DNA of 64,000 bases, from assembly GCF_022045235.1 (NCBI RefSeq), contig NW_027266266.1, forward strand, positions 22,940,001 through 23,004,000, written 5' to 3'. Shown here piece by piece: positions 51,565-64,000 of this stretch (positions within the stretch are counted from its first letter, which is position 1; each line of letters opens with the position of its first letter). Below the pieces are notes generated by a model. That model saw only the letters and a list, made by a program, of their open reading frames with translations, had not been told where the DNA came from and made no database searches. This DNA is from Haliotis cracherodii (Eukaryota). The translations under genes were made by a program, and so were the position numbers.

Positions 51565-54500
51565 GCTGCTTGTACTAGTCCTGACTTATGCCGATTTATA
51601 GTGCTAGCCCACTGAGATACCATGCCGCATGATTATCTCACTCAGACACAGTAAGGACTCCGAGCCGACCAGTCCTTGTTTTAGCCCCTTAATGCCGAGC
51701 GCCAGACAGGGTAACAACAAGTACCATCTTTTTACGTCTTTTGGTATGATGCGGCCAGGGATCGAACCCCAGACCTTCCGCTCTGGGCGGACGCTCTACC
51801 ATGAGACCACAGAGGCGGTCTACGCCAATTGGAATATGATAGTCTCTCTGATGGAACTTTTGAGTTTCTGGAGACAAAATTAGGTACAAGAATTAGCACT
51901 TTAGTGTGACATAACTAGTTTTATATGTGCACAGGGTAAACTGCACACTTACATTCTCTTTGTAGATTTCTCTCATGTTTCCTGCACTATTGTATTGCCA
52001 CACACCCATTTAATATTGTAGTAACCACAAATTTACATTTTGTAGTTCAGATGTCGCGATATAGGTGTATATCGATACAGAAGCCACGATACAATACATA
52101 TATCGATATTGCATATTTGACATTTTGTGCAGAAAACCCAGTCGTTTGACTGAAAATAGAGTCCATAGACTCGCTCATACAGGTAAAGAGGGACAACTGA
52201 CTAGTACTTATCAACATGGCACATAAGTCAAGTCAACTATTGTGTCTGAGAAAATAATAAGAAACAAACAAGTTAGCATACTGTATTATGACCGGCAGCA
52301 TGGAAAAGCTGGCCAGTCTTCTTTCAAATACGAAACCAGTATTTAGGAATTACAAAATAGTTTGTACTTGCTTATTGATATCAGCGTGAGATATGGGGTG
52401 AAATGTGAATGCCAAATTAAATGTATCGGTTATCGTATCGTGCAAACTTTGCAGGTTATGCACCAGTGAATCGTGACATCACTATTTTGTAGTCTATAAT
52501 TATTTAGCCTATGGACAATGACTATAAAAGAAGTTCTATTCCAAAAATTAGGGGTGAAACTAAATGTCAGTGCACCGATGCATCATGAGTTGATCCTTTT
52601 TTTTGTGTATCAATACAAGATGATAATCTTGCTGAATAAATTACTTACTACTTATCACTCACTTAATAACACCACCCCCTCCCCTTAAGCATTTTCGTCA
52701 GTCAAATATTGCAAAATTTGTTGTAGTTAACATTTTAAGTTCACAACTAAAACAAACGCTGCAGACATGTGTCTACAGATAGCTTTTCCTTTTGAACCTG
52801 CTCTGAAATATTTATAGTCATGGAGTTTCCACAGGATTGCCGATTGACCAATCAGAATCGAATATTTCCCTAATTCATTCATTCCCTAATGGTTAACCAC
52901 AAGAAGACTAATCTGTCATCCTCTCTATAATCAGTACTATTTAGTCATGGTGAACATTATGGTTGCTAGACATGGTTAGACTTGCAGTGTTAGATTATGA
53001 CATGAAGGTCAATGGGTCCTTGTCATTATGGTCATTACCCTAATATTTGAAATGCTTAGATTCCCTAGATTCAAATACTATAGCTCAGCTTAGTTCCTTG
53101 GTTCTAGGTTAGTCAGCACCACGACATCTTAAGATCTGCAACATTTTGGGCTTTCCTCCCTTCAAACTGACCCACTGTGTTATAACTGAAATACTTTTCA
53201 AAACAGTATTACAAACTCACACCCTCAAAGACCCCAGGACCCCTATCAACACTGTAACACTGGAAATGTTGAAAAAAGTTTTGATGTTGTAGGCTCGTCT
53301 TCCAATGGAAATGATGAACATGAAGCGGTATGAACTACCAACACCAGCAGCCGGCAAGATGACGGACATCTCTGCGTGGACGGAGTGTCTGGAGAACTCC
53401 CAGGCTCAGCTGGAGCACCAGGCTCTGAGGATCCTGAACCTCGACCTCATGCAGGAGTATGGCTCCAGCGCCTGGAAGATGTACAATGGTGTGCTGTCAC
53501 ACATGTTGGAGCAGGCTCAGAAGCAACTCCAGGTGAGCACAGCTTGAATCAATAGAGGGATAGTTCAGAAATGGACATGATATAACTAATGTATAAACAT
53601 GATACCCATGATCAAGATATTATGTAACTATTAATCACTGCTAAGTGGCATTGTTTAAAGTTGATTTATATTTCTTTAGAAAGTTTTCTGAGGGAATTTC
53701 TTTTTCTGTGGCACTGGTGCTGTTGACTTCCTGAACAATTTACAGTTTCAGTGTTAAACAATATACACTCCACTATAACTGGGTTAATCAGTGTGTGTTA
53801 TAACAGTTTCAGTGTTAGACTGCTGTGTCAGTGTGTGTTAGACAATATACACTACACTGTAACTGGGTTAATCAGTGTGAGTTACTACAGTTGTAGTGTT
53901 AAACAATATACACTACACTATAACTGGGTTAATCAGTGTGTGTTACTACATTTTCAGTGTTTAACAATATACACTTCACTATGACGTGGTTAATCAATGT
54001 AAGTTACTACAGTCGTAGTGTTAGACAATATACACTACACTATAACTGGGTTAATCAGTGTGAGTTACTACAGCATTGTACAGTTGTAGTGTTAAACAAT
54101 ATGCACTACACCATAACTGGGTTAATCAATGTGAGTTACTACAGTTGTAGTGTTAGACAATATACACTATGACTGTATGCACGTTGCTATATGAGTGCAA
54201 TAATCTTGGACACAACGTTAAACCCAATTTCACCTCACCTCACCTCTGTGTATGTTTAATATTTTTAATTGGAGCATCTCGGTAGAAAGACAACCGGCCA
54301 CCATTTTGTAATGATGTGTAATGTTGTGTACAACAACTTCTTTACTTGCTCATAAATCGCCGTGAAAGCCAAGATTTAATCATAGGAAAGAAGGTTTTCT
54401 TGGTGAGAAGTTCTAAAATTTTCAGAGCCCTGCTCAGTGGCTACATGACCTCAACCATTTAGTCGTAGGCCAATTAGTTGGAGACGAGCCATTAACTTTA

Positions 54501-54776
54501 AAAGGAGCAAGCCTTGCTGGCTACATACAAATTTATTGTTCAGTCTAACCCTGGTTATTGAGACCTTTTTCTTACTGTACGCTCTAGGACCTGCGCAAGA
54601 AGATCCAGGAGATCAACTGGCAGCGCAAGAATGAGCAGAGTGTTGCCGGGAGCAAGCTTGAGCAGCTCGAGTCTAGCTGGGTGGGGCTGGTCAGTAAGAA
54701 CTACGAGATTGAGCGAGCGTGTGCCGAGGTCGAGAAGGAGATCCAGGAGATACAGCAGAGGCAGGGCAAGAGATGA
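50018..54776 (+). CDS. BCAS2: Pre-mRNA splicing factor SPF27/BCAS2, 3 exons, ~210 aa
   Basis: Exons 50018-50221, 53293-53532, 54588-54776, all phase 0. [78 protein letters not shown]. Confidence 0.95.
50611..50730. repeat. ~46-bp direct repeat, ~2.5 units, BCAS2 intron 1
   Basis: ATCCAACACC(C/T)GTTTT..GTCTTAGG.AAACTTACACA.CTTTACG repeated. Confidence 0.75.
53740..54172. repeat. 61-bp minisatellite (~7 units), BCAS2 intron 2
   Basis: GTGTTAGACAATATACACTACACTATAACTGGGTTAATCAGTGTGAGTTACTACAGTTGTA; 61-bp spacing at 53845/53906/53967/54028. Confidence 0.85.
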
Positions 54777-55637
54777 TGACCTCAACGTTGCGGAGGCTGG
54801 CCATGGAGGTGGTAGACGAAATGTGTGCAACTGAGAGAGGACAACAATTACAGAAACCGAGTCGGAAACTTCATCTGGTCACAGTGCCAAAACACACACG
54901 ATGGTTGGAACAATGTGTATTAAAAAGAGGAGAATTTCTGAAGTTGAAAGTCTCTAGACTGTTTACTCCAATACTTGTAACATGGCCTTATGAATGTCTT
55001 ATGGCTATTGTTGATGGAACCTATTCATCAGTTTCATTCTGATCAAAGGCATGGAACAGTTTTCATGTGTAACAATGCATGAGGATGACAGAGGTATTGT
55101 CATGATTGTAGCAGTTTTGATTGTTTATGGCTTCACTGTTCTGTTAGCAATTCCAGATGGAGGTATTCTTTTTGAACACATTTCCATTAGGCTCATTCAT
55201 CCTTTGTATGTACATTTAATACATGTCATGTCATCCTGGATCAAACCCATGGTTAACATTGTCTCAGAATTCTTTTTGTAAAATCTGCTTTTGTACAACT
55301 TGTCATGAAAGAAACCCCAATAAAATGAAGGATCTAGTTGCCACAATGGCAGCTATGTATGGGTTGTACTCACAGGGGAAGTACTTAAAACTATCATCAT
55401 TATGGGAATTTGGGAGATGGATGTCATCAGGACACAAGTATTATAGATTCGACTTCTTTGTGATACATAGACAACCTTTCAGGGGCAAGAAGCCTTGAAA
55501 TGTTGTGTATGTACTGCAAAGCTGTTGTCCTGATATCATCATTACACAATACACATTGAGTTGATTGTACACAATTACATATGAACAAGTTAAAACACAA
55601 TAGAATAAGAACACTGGGCTTAAATGTGACAAATACC

Positions 55638-56131
55638 CAATCTCATTAAAATCAGACACTAGTTCTCACTACTGCTATACAAAGATCTGAGAACATCCCA
55701 TTAGGGGTCACGTCAGAACGGCCTTTCATCCAGCCCATCAGAGCGTCACTTACCAGATCAGGATTGTGACAGTCGGAATGTGATTTCTAATCATGCAGCC
55801 TCGAAAACTTTTACACAGGGTATTCCGAACATTACGGGCATAACGACTGACTCCATAAATCTAGACCATTTATCAGCCATTTCAGAATGTTCTTTTGTTC
55901 GGGTTTCAAATTTTTAATCAAGAATTTGTCAATAATATTTCAACACATAGCCGCCTATTTGAAATTAGTGCCGTAAAACACGAGAAAGCTGCCTTCTGAT
56001 TGGCTAATGTCATCTTCTTGTCAGTCAATTCATTGGTCTGTCAAAGTTCGGTCTGACGTGACCCTTAATTGGGTGTTTTCAGATCTATGTTTAGTGGTAG
56101 CGAGAGCTAAGATCTGATTTTAATGAGATTG
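55638..56131. mobile_element. MITE family E, second copy (inverted), 10-bp TSD
   Basis: Same TIRs; TSD GACAAATACC. Confidence 0.9.
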
Positions 56132-56757
56132 GACAAATACCCAAAGTAGCCTAATTCGCTTGCCTATCTGTATTTCTTGCAGATCTTTGTTGACACACTG
56201 GGGCAGCATATCTACAGATGCATATAACCATCTCATTTGAAACAGCATTTTAAACAAAAATATTTTTGTAATAGGTCTATATTTTTGTTTATGAATATTC
56301 TATAGACTGGACGCAAGGGAATATGCATATAATTTTATATATTGTTTCTGATCTCCATGGCATCTACAACCAACTATGCTTGTCTTAAAAGGCAACTAAC
56401 AGGATCGGGTGGTCAGGCTCACTGACCTGGTTGATGCATGTCATCCAGCCCAAGTGGGTGGATCGATGCTCATGATATTAATCTCTGGATTGTCTGGTCC
56501 AGACTTGATTATTTACAGACCGCCGTCATATAGCTGGAATATTGCTGAGGGTGGCGTTAAACAACAAACCAACCATGGCTTCTGCATCCAAAAGGGTTGT
56601 ACTATTGAAGGTATATTTGTGTTCTGTGGCAGTTGTTTTTGCTGACATTGAAATATTCAAACCGAGATGGTGAAGAAATGAAGCAAAGTCATTTTAGAAA
56701 GTTGTCATCTGATTTGTTCCAAGAACCCATGCATCCTTCATTTTGGGTTCACCTGAC

Positions 56758-56870
56758 CAGGGCCCACTTGCACAAAGCGATCTTAGCGCTACGACTATTG
56801 TAAGCCTATGTTAAAGCATGGGAGTTACGATCATTTTAGCACTAAGATCACTTTGTGCAAGTGGGTCCTG
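56758..56870. mobile_element. Small palindromic MITE (~110 bp)
   Basis: CAGGGCCCACTTGCACAAAGCGATCTTAG...CTAAGATCACTTTGTGCAAGTGGGTCCTG; related copy at 11688-11803. Confidence 0.7.
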
Positions 56871-57439
56871 ATCTCCGATTATGGAGATGTTAAATCTTCA
56901 AGCTGGAAGGATATGGTATCAGAGTAAAACATATAATTTTCATGATATGGCTGTGAAGTAGCTGTAATAATGCTGATCAGTCATAAAATCTAAAGGGCCT
57001 TACGCTGTTGCTATGGTGTTGGATGTTTCAGTATTACAAGCTATGAGAAAGTGGAATTATTATAGGTGTAACATGGGTTTGATGGATTTCATTCATCATA
57101 TTTTTCATTGATTAAACTGCTATTAAGAATATTTGCATTTGTTCATTTTGGTGAGAAATGATAATAAAATATAATTTTCAATGTATCTGTACTTTAGTTT
57201 TTGTTTCATCAGACAATAAATACTGGGACTTCCCGTATTTAAGCCCGGACCTAATTAAGGAAAATAGCACTTTCTATCTTGAAATATTTTATTCGAAATT
57301 AAGCCCAGGGCCCTTCGCTGAAAAGATTAAAAACTATTAAGTTGTTTTAACTGAGAAAATATGATACATGGGTTTTTCTTTTGAACAGATTCAATAAATA
57401 CTGAACTGCTTCAAACCATTCTGTATCAACGGAATCCTA

Positions 57440-58786
57440 AACTAATGTCAGTAGATGCACCAAACACAGTTCTCGTCAATACTTGGTGTAACCACCCTGC
57501 TGACGAACAACTACCGCCAGACGCCTCGTCATATCAATCAGACGTTGCACTTGGCGTTGAGGTAGGCGGGTCTCTGACGACCTTGCCGGCCTACAATGCC
57601 CCACATATATTCTGTTGGATTAATATATGTACTTCTTGATAGCAAAGGAATGTCTCGATCGCATTATGACGTAAGCCAACGCGAGTGTCAAAATGGGGGA
57701 CAAATGCTGTCACAAGGATGTCATGCTGTCCATCGAGGTCCGTTCAGATTACCCTGCACTAGTCACAAGTCATTTGAATGAAACACATCCCCATACCATT
57801 ACCGACACTCCACCAAATGGATGGGTGATTATAGAATGTCGTGGGCAGCTATGGCTGAATTTGCCGGCTTCCGGACCCATGTACGGCCTTCTGCCGTGTG
57901 TAACTTTCATCAGAAAAGGGATACTCTGTCGTGATGCAATATTCAAGTTTAGACCATACCAAACGAGCAGCTTCATGTCCCTGAGTTAACAAGGGACGGG
58001 GGAGGTCGGGTAGCCGAGTGGTTAAAACGTTAGCTCGTCACGAAGACCCGGGTTCGATTCCTGACATGGGTACAATGTGTGAAGCCCATTTCTGGTATCC
58101 CCCGCCGTGATATTGCAGGAATATTGCTAAAAACGGCGTAAACGCATACTCACTCACTCAGTCACAAACACGTTAAGTGATTGCTCTTCTGGTTCTATGT
58201 CCAGCTGTTTTCAGACGATTTCGGATGGTTTGGGTTGAAATCCCTCTGCTTGGTAGCCACGAGCTGTGCCTTCACAACTGTACTCTTGTCAAATGGACGT
58301 CGTCTAATAATCCTGCATCTTCTCTCCTGGCTTCACGATATGACTGAAATATTGCCGACGTGACGTAAAGCATAAAGTTACTCTTCTCTCCTGTATGTCT
58401 TGCGAGACTGATTTCATTTGTCGTCGGTATTCTTGTACCAATCTTGAAATTACTTTATGGTGACGCCCAAGTTGACCAATTTCCCTACAAGGCATTCCTG
58501 CATTTTCATTCCAATATCTGCCATCGTAACGCTTCAGATGTGTGATTAAACTGCTCTGTGGTGAGAAATTAGTACCTGCAATGTTCACGACCAATTTGAA
58601 TGTGTTTTTAGACATTTCATGAGCTTTGTCCTTCATGTGCAGTGTGGGCAACATGAAGGTCGTTGACAGATGTATTGGCAATGGAAGGGTGGGGAAAAGG
58701 GCCATATTATTTAATATATGGATACAACTAACTCATTATCAAAACTTTTCATTTTGGTGGTGCTTAACTAATTTCTAGGGGTGTAC
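57440..58786 (-). mobile_element. Decayed Tc1-family transposon
   Basis: ORF remnants include HPFGGVSVMVWGCVS (Tc1 DDE-domain motif) and the HTH-like AGMPCREIGQLGRHHKVISRLV. Terminus TACACCCCTAGAAATTAGTTAAGCACC; SINE inserted; frameshifted. Confidence 0.75.
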
Positions 58787-59763
58787 ATGGATGTCTGAAA
58801 GAAGTTTCTCCACACTGTCAAGAATAATTTACTTCGTTGATATCAGGTTATCTAATAGAAGTGACACAATTCGCTTACGTCATTCTTGATACATACATGT
58901 AATCAAAGTGTTAAATGACACATTGATGTGTCCGATTCTGTATTAATTTTAATAGACGCCCCGGTGTGTAGATTGTAGCACACTAAATATGATAACCCAG
59001 CTCTGTTGCAGGTCCGGCTCTATTGTTGTCACATGTCTACTAGAATTCCACCACTTTTTGCCATGGACGTCCGAAGTGCGTTGGAGGTCCGTCTTTTAAT
59101 GGCGTGGCATCTATTGAAGGCCGGGTATATATTTGGGCCCTCCGTCTTGTTTGGGCCCTGACATATATTGAAGGTTCGGCGTCTATTAGATGTCTAGAGT
59201 CTGTTCGGACCCTGGTGTTTGTTCGCGTTTCGGCTTCTATTGGAAGTGCGGCATCGATTGGGGTCCGAGTCCATGGAGTGAGTGAGTGAGTGAGTATAGT
59301 TTTACGCCGCTTTTAGCAATATTCCAGCAATATCACGGTGGGGGACACCAGAAATGGGCTTCACACATTGTACCCATGTCGGGAGGCGAATCCGGGTCTT
59401 GGAGGTGTCGTGGAGGTGCAGCGTATATTGAGGATCCGGCGTCTATTGTAGGTTAAGCTTGGATTGGAGTTCCGGCTCATATATGAGACCCTGATTCTAC
59501 TGCCATGGAGGTCCAGCGTATGTTGGTAACCCGGAGTCTATTGAATGTACCGCGTTTATTAGAGGAAGTATGGTATATGAATCATATACTTTTATCAACC
59601 TGAAGACCTTGACCTTTCCTGAAGATGACAAAACATTGTTGTATCCTTCATCAAGTGACCTACATAAATCACGATAGACATACAGAGGTATGCTGATCAA
59701 TATGGATATTGTAGATAACGCGCGCGTCTGTGCTGCCTGTATCACTACAGTGTGCCCAGCAAC

Positions 59764-60274
59764 ATGGCGAGGAGTGTTTCAGTATTCTGTCTCTGTGTTG
59801 CGCTTATCGTTTGTCACGTCAGTGGACAGATACGTCGCAATGTACTTCTTATTTATGGTGAGTACCTTGTCATCGTGCTCAGATTGACAGTAATCGTATG
59901 ATCCGGGACGAATCTAGCATTCAAAGAGACGACCAGCGGATCCTGGTACGATTAAGGGAAGCAACTCTGTACACTGAATTGCTTGGTTTTGGTCATTGGA
60001 TCACCCGTAGAGGAAATTCCGAAACAACACGGGTACATGAATTAGGTAGTGTGTGTGATAGTCGTGGTATAATTAGTGGTAGTTGTTGAGGTATTAATAT
60101 TGAGTGAGTACATTGTGCAAAACCCTCTTAGCAACATATTTTAGTGATATCACAGGGTGTAAGGGGAAAGTAGTAGTAGTAGTAGTAATAGTAAATAGTA
60201 ATAGTAGTAGTAGTGAGGTGAAATTGGGTTTAACGTCGCGTCCAAGATTATTGCACTTATATAGCGACGTGAAT

Positions 60275-60340
<66 letters not shown>

Positions 60341-62495
60341 CTGCTTGTACTAGTCCCGATGCCGATTTATTGTGCTAGCTCACTGATAAACCATACCGCA
60401 GTTTAACATGAATACCCCACTCAGACACAGCATACTGACTCCGAGCCGACCCGTACTTGTTTTAGCCCCTTAATGCCGAGCGCCAGACAGGTAACAACAA
60501 GTACCACCTTTTAACGTCTTTTGGTATGACGCGGCCGGGAACCGAACCCCGGACCTTAAGCTTTCCGGGCGGACGCTCTACCACTAGATCACAGAGGCGG
60601 TCTACTACTACTACTACTACTACTACTAGTAGTAGTAGTAGTAGTAGCAGCTGATACAACATACAAACTATGGTATGGCTATTTGCAAGTTTAACTGCAG
60701 GTGACGATGCCGGCTTCCAGATGGGCGCCTACAACAACACGGCCTGCAAGACGCCAAACTTCGACAAGCTGGCCGCCAGGAGCGTCGTCTTCAAACATGG
60801 CTACACCTCCGTCAGCAGCTGCTCGCCAAGCAGGTGAAGGCAGGATTTCCTTTCCGCAGTCATGGCTGTTATAATTTGCAAATGTCCCTTGGTGTAGCAA
60901 TGGAACTTGCCAGTGTCCAGGCTCGTGTATTTACAGGTATTTTCCTGAGTGCGGCAAACAGAACAGAAGGTTCATCTTACCACGTAATGTGGGAGTGTCT
61001 CAAACATGTCTACACCTCCGCCAGTAGTTGTTCGTACAGCAGATGACCTCATCTCTCTTCATATATATCCTTGGCAATAAGCTGCATAACGCGCCTTTGT
61101 ATGGATTATGCCGTGTCAACATTAACCATCAGTCAATAACGATATACATGTATGCACAGTAAACTACGGTTATAACGAACTCAAATAGACCACTAGTTTT
61201 AGTTCGTTATAACGGTAGTTCGTAATGGGCATATATACAACATCTATACAGCAAATGGCCGGAACCAAAAATTATGTCCGTAATATCCGTCAGTTCGTTA
61301 TAAGCGTGTTCGTTATAAACTGATTTTACTGTACTCTCCCATTTGTGGTGAGGTGAGTTGAAATGGGGTTTAAAAATCAAGTAAAGTGAAAAAAAAATGA
61401 TTGCGATCTTGTAGCGAATGTCAATTGTGCCAGATATATTAAGTCAATTCCCGAAAGATAAAATATCTAAATATTCGTAGAAAGTATTTACATGTGCAAG
61501 TGCTGAAGTCACACGCTCCGTAATTGGATTCAAAAACAAAATATTACTTTATATTTATATATATTTATATATTTATATTTGGGGCGTGGCCTCACATTGC
61601 TCAGTCTTTGAAATGACCTTGATCTTGACATTGTGAATAATTTAAATAACAATTGATTGCCGTAACGAGCTTTTTACGACTAACATCCGTGTTGTCCTTA
61701 CATACATGGCATACATCTCTGCCTCATGGCATTCATTCACCTGTTGAAGGAGCATGTACTCCGAAACGTTGTGTTCCTCATAATAGTGAGTGTTTATGGT
61801 TTTACGCCGCTTTTAGCAATATTCCAGCATTATCTGGCTGTCTGATACTACAATAGTTACGTGTATGTGATATGGGAGCGTAATCAAAATTCGCCGTCAT
61901 TCGTTTGAAGTTCAAACATGGCAGAAATAGGTCGAGAAGCGCGGTAACCACTTCACTAATCTAGCCATATTTCGCAATGTACACCGAGATACACGATGTT
62001 ACAGCTGAGATGATGAGGAGATGATGGCTATAATTTTGATTTTGCGCACTCAATGTTTCACATCTTAGATCACAGTTGAAAAGGGTATCTCTATGGCCCC
62101 GTGGCACTCAGGGAGTGTGAAATGTCAGGGACCATCTAGAGGGTTAATGTAGAATCGACTAAAATGAACCCAAAGTGAAGACAATGCGTGAGTTATCCTT
62201 CCTTCCATGACTTGGAAGATGCTGATTCTATCATCTACTGGTTTGCCTGACCAAGACGCGATTATACACTGGCCGCCGGGATATAGCTGGATTATTGCTG
62301 ACGAAGGCGTGAAACAGTATTCACTCATTCACATGTTAGAGCTCATGTTTGTTTCTTCTAGGTCCGTGTTGCTGACTGGCCTTCCCCAGCACCAGAATGG
62401 GATGTTTGGTTTGCATCAGGACCCGCATCATTTTAACAGCATGGACTCGGTCCGGGCACTTCCTACTATCCTAAGCAATGCCGGGATCAGAACAG
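59764..62495 (+). CDS. SGSH: N-sulphoglucosamine sulphohydrolase (sulfamidase), exons 1-3; continues beyond right edge
   Basis: Exons 59764-59857 (signal peptide, RNVLLIYG), 60701-60833 ([31 protein letters not shown]) and 62362-62495 ([26 protein letters not shown]). These are typical SGSH motifs. Confidence 0.9.
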
Positions 62496-63535
62496 GTACA
62501 CACAGAGACAAAAACACACACGGACATATACGTTACCTTAGTAACGCAACGGGTACACATACGGACAAATACGTCACCTAAGTAACGCAACGGTACACAC
62601 ACGGACAAAGACGTTACCTTAGTAACGCAACAGATACACACACGTACAAAGACGTCACCTTAGTAACGCAACAGATACACACACGTACAAAGACGTCACC
62701 TTAGTAACGCAACAGGTACACACACGTACAAAGACGTCACCTTAGTAACGCAACAGATGCACACACGTACAAAGACGTCAACTTAGTAACGCAACAGGTA
62801 CACACACGTACAAAGACGTCACCTTAGTAACGCAACAGATACACACACGGACAAAGACGTCACCTTAGTAACGCAACAGGTACACTCACGTACAAAGACG
62901 TCACCTTAGTAACGCAACAGATGCACACACGTACAAAGACGTCACCTTAGTAACGCAACAGATGCACACACGTACAAAGACGTCACCTTAGTAACGCAAC
63001 AGATACACACACGTACAAAGACGTCACCTTAGTAACGCAACAGGTACACACACGTACAAAGACGTCACCTTAGTAACGCAACAGATACACACACGGACAA
63101 AGACGTCACCTTAGTAACGCAACAGGTACACTCACGGACAAATACGTCAACTTAGTAACGCAACAGATACACACACGTACAAAGACGTCAACTTAGTAAC
63201 GCAACAGATACACACACGTACAAAGACGTCACCATATTAACGCAACAGATGCACACACGTACAAAGACGTCACCTTAGTAACGCAACAGATGCACACACG
63301 TACAAAGACGTCACCTTAGTAACGCAACAGATGCACACACGTACAAAGACGTCACCTTAGTAACGCAACAGATGCACACACGTACAAAGACGTCACCTTA
63401 GTAACGCAACAGATACACACACGTACAAAGACGTCACCTTAGTAACGCAACAGATACACACACGTACAAAGACGTCACCTTAGTAACGCAACAGATACAC
63501 ACACGTACAAAGACGTTATCTTCGTAACGGAACAA
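62470..63535. repeat. 41-bp tandem array (~24 units) derived from SGSH exon-3 end plus donor
   Basis: Unit CCTTAGTAACGCAACAG(A/G)TACACACACGTACAAAGACGTCA resembles the junction CCTAAGCAATGC[CGGGATCAG]AACAG|GTACACACAGAGACAAA. Confidence 0.88.
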
Positions 63536-64000
63536 GTAGGCATAGATCAATGAAACCCGTCATTCGCTGCTTGTTAATAACAGGTATTTTTCTATGTATC
63601 ACTTCAGGGAGCTATGGATCGACCCTAACAAAGGTCTACCGACCATTGTACGCTCTAGGCTTTTCAGTGCTCTTCTCCAGTTTGCTAAAATCATACAATA
63701 TTTTCAAAAATCTTCAGACTTAAGCGATATATTCCTTAACCAGTCACCTTCAAATACGTATGCTTTATCTTACCGAAAGTGAACCTTAAATAAGGATTCA
63801 AAAACAGGTACGGACTTTGCACACAAAAACATTACGGCCCCCCAAAAAACTTTTTTTGTTTGGATCTGGAATGTTTTCATATTCAAAGTAAAAATGATAT
63901 CATACAATAAACGGATGAGGGGATACGGTAACGTCAGCTTGTACAGAAATATGTTGAAGAACAGGTGTTACTATGATGCCTTTGGTTTTACGTGTTATCA

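Noticed and set aside
53740-54172. 61-bp array as another junction-derived array
   Set aside because: Starts about 210 bp from the donor and shows no similarity to the BCAS2 exon end; it is a counter-example.
2449-62495. Functional glycan-degradation cluster (arylsulfatases, YDJC, SGSH)
   Set aside because: The genes are interleaved with unrelated GLE1 and BCAS2; without synteny or co-expression data, proximity alone is not evidence.

Overview
Intron-rich animal genomic DNA; the repeat content suggests a mollusc or gastropod, which is inference. Gene models were built by hand from splice signals and codon phase. From left to right: (1) the first two exons of an arylsulfatase B-like gene (- strand, runs off the left edge); (2) a complete 13-exon tandem paralogue of about 481 aa (-); (3) GLE1, 13 exons, about 691 aa (+); (4) YDJC, 5 exons, about 296 aa (-); (5) BCAS2/SPF27, 3 exons, about 210 aa (+), head-to-head with YDJC; (6) the first three exons of SGSH (+, runs off the right edge). 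Introns are filled with four SINE-like families, several MITE families (two with 9-10 bp TSDs) and decayed Tc1, L1/Tx1 and Penelope fragments. The most striking signal is that the large tandem arrays sit exactly on exon-intron junctions and are made of the splice site itself. Five arrays of 41-59 bp units copy an exon end plus its 5' splice site, with up to 31 donors in a row. One 14-bp array copies a 3' splice site. There is also a single decayed junction copy and a SINE-associated acceptor duplication. These occur in four genes of three unrelated families. Older arrays have mostly lost the GT in their extra copies, and read-through of a donor array soon meets a stop codon.
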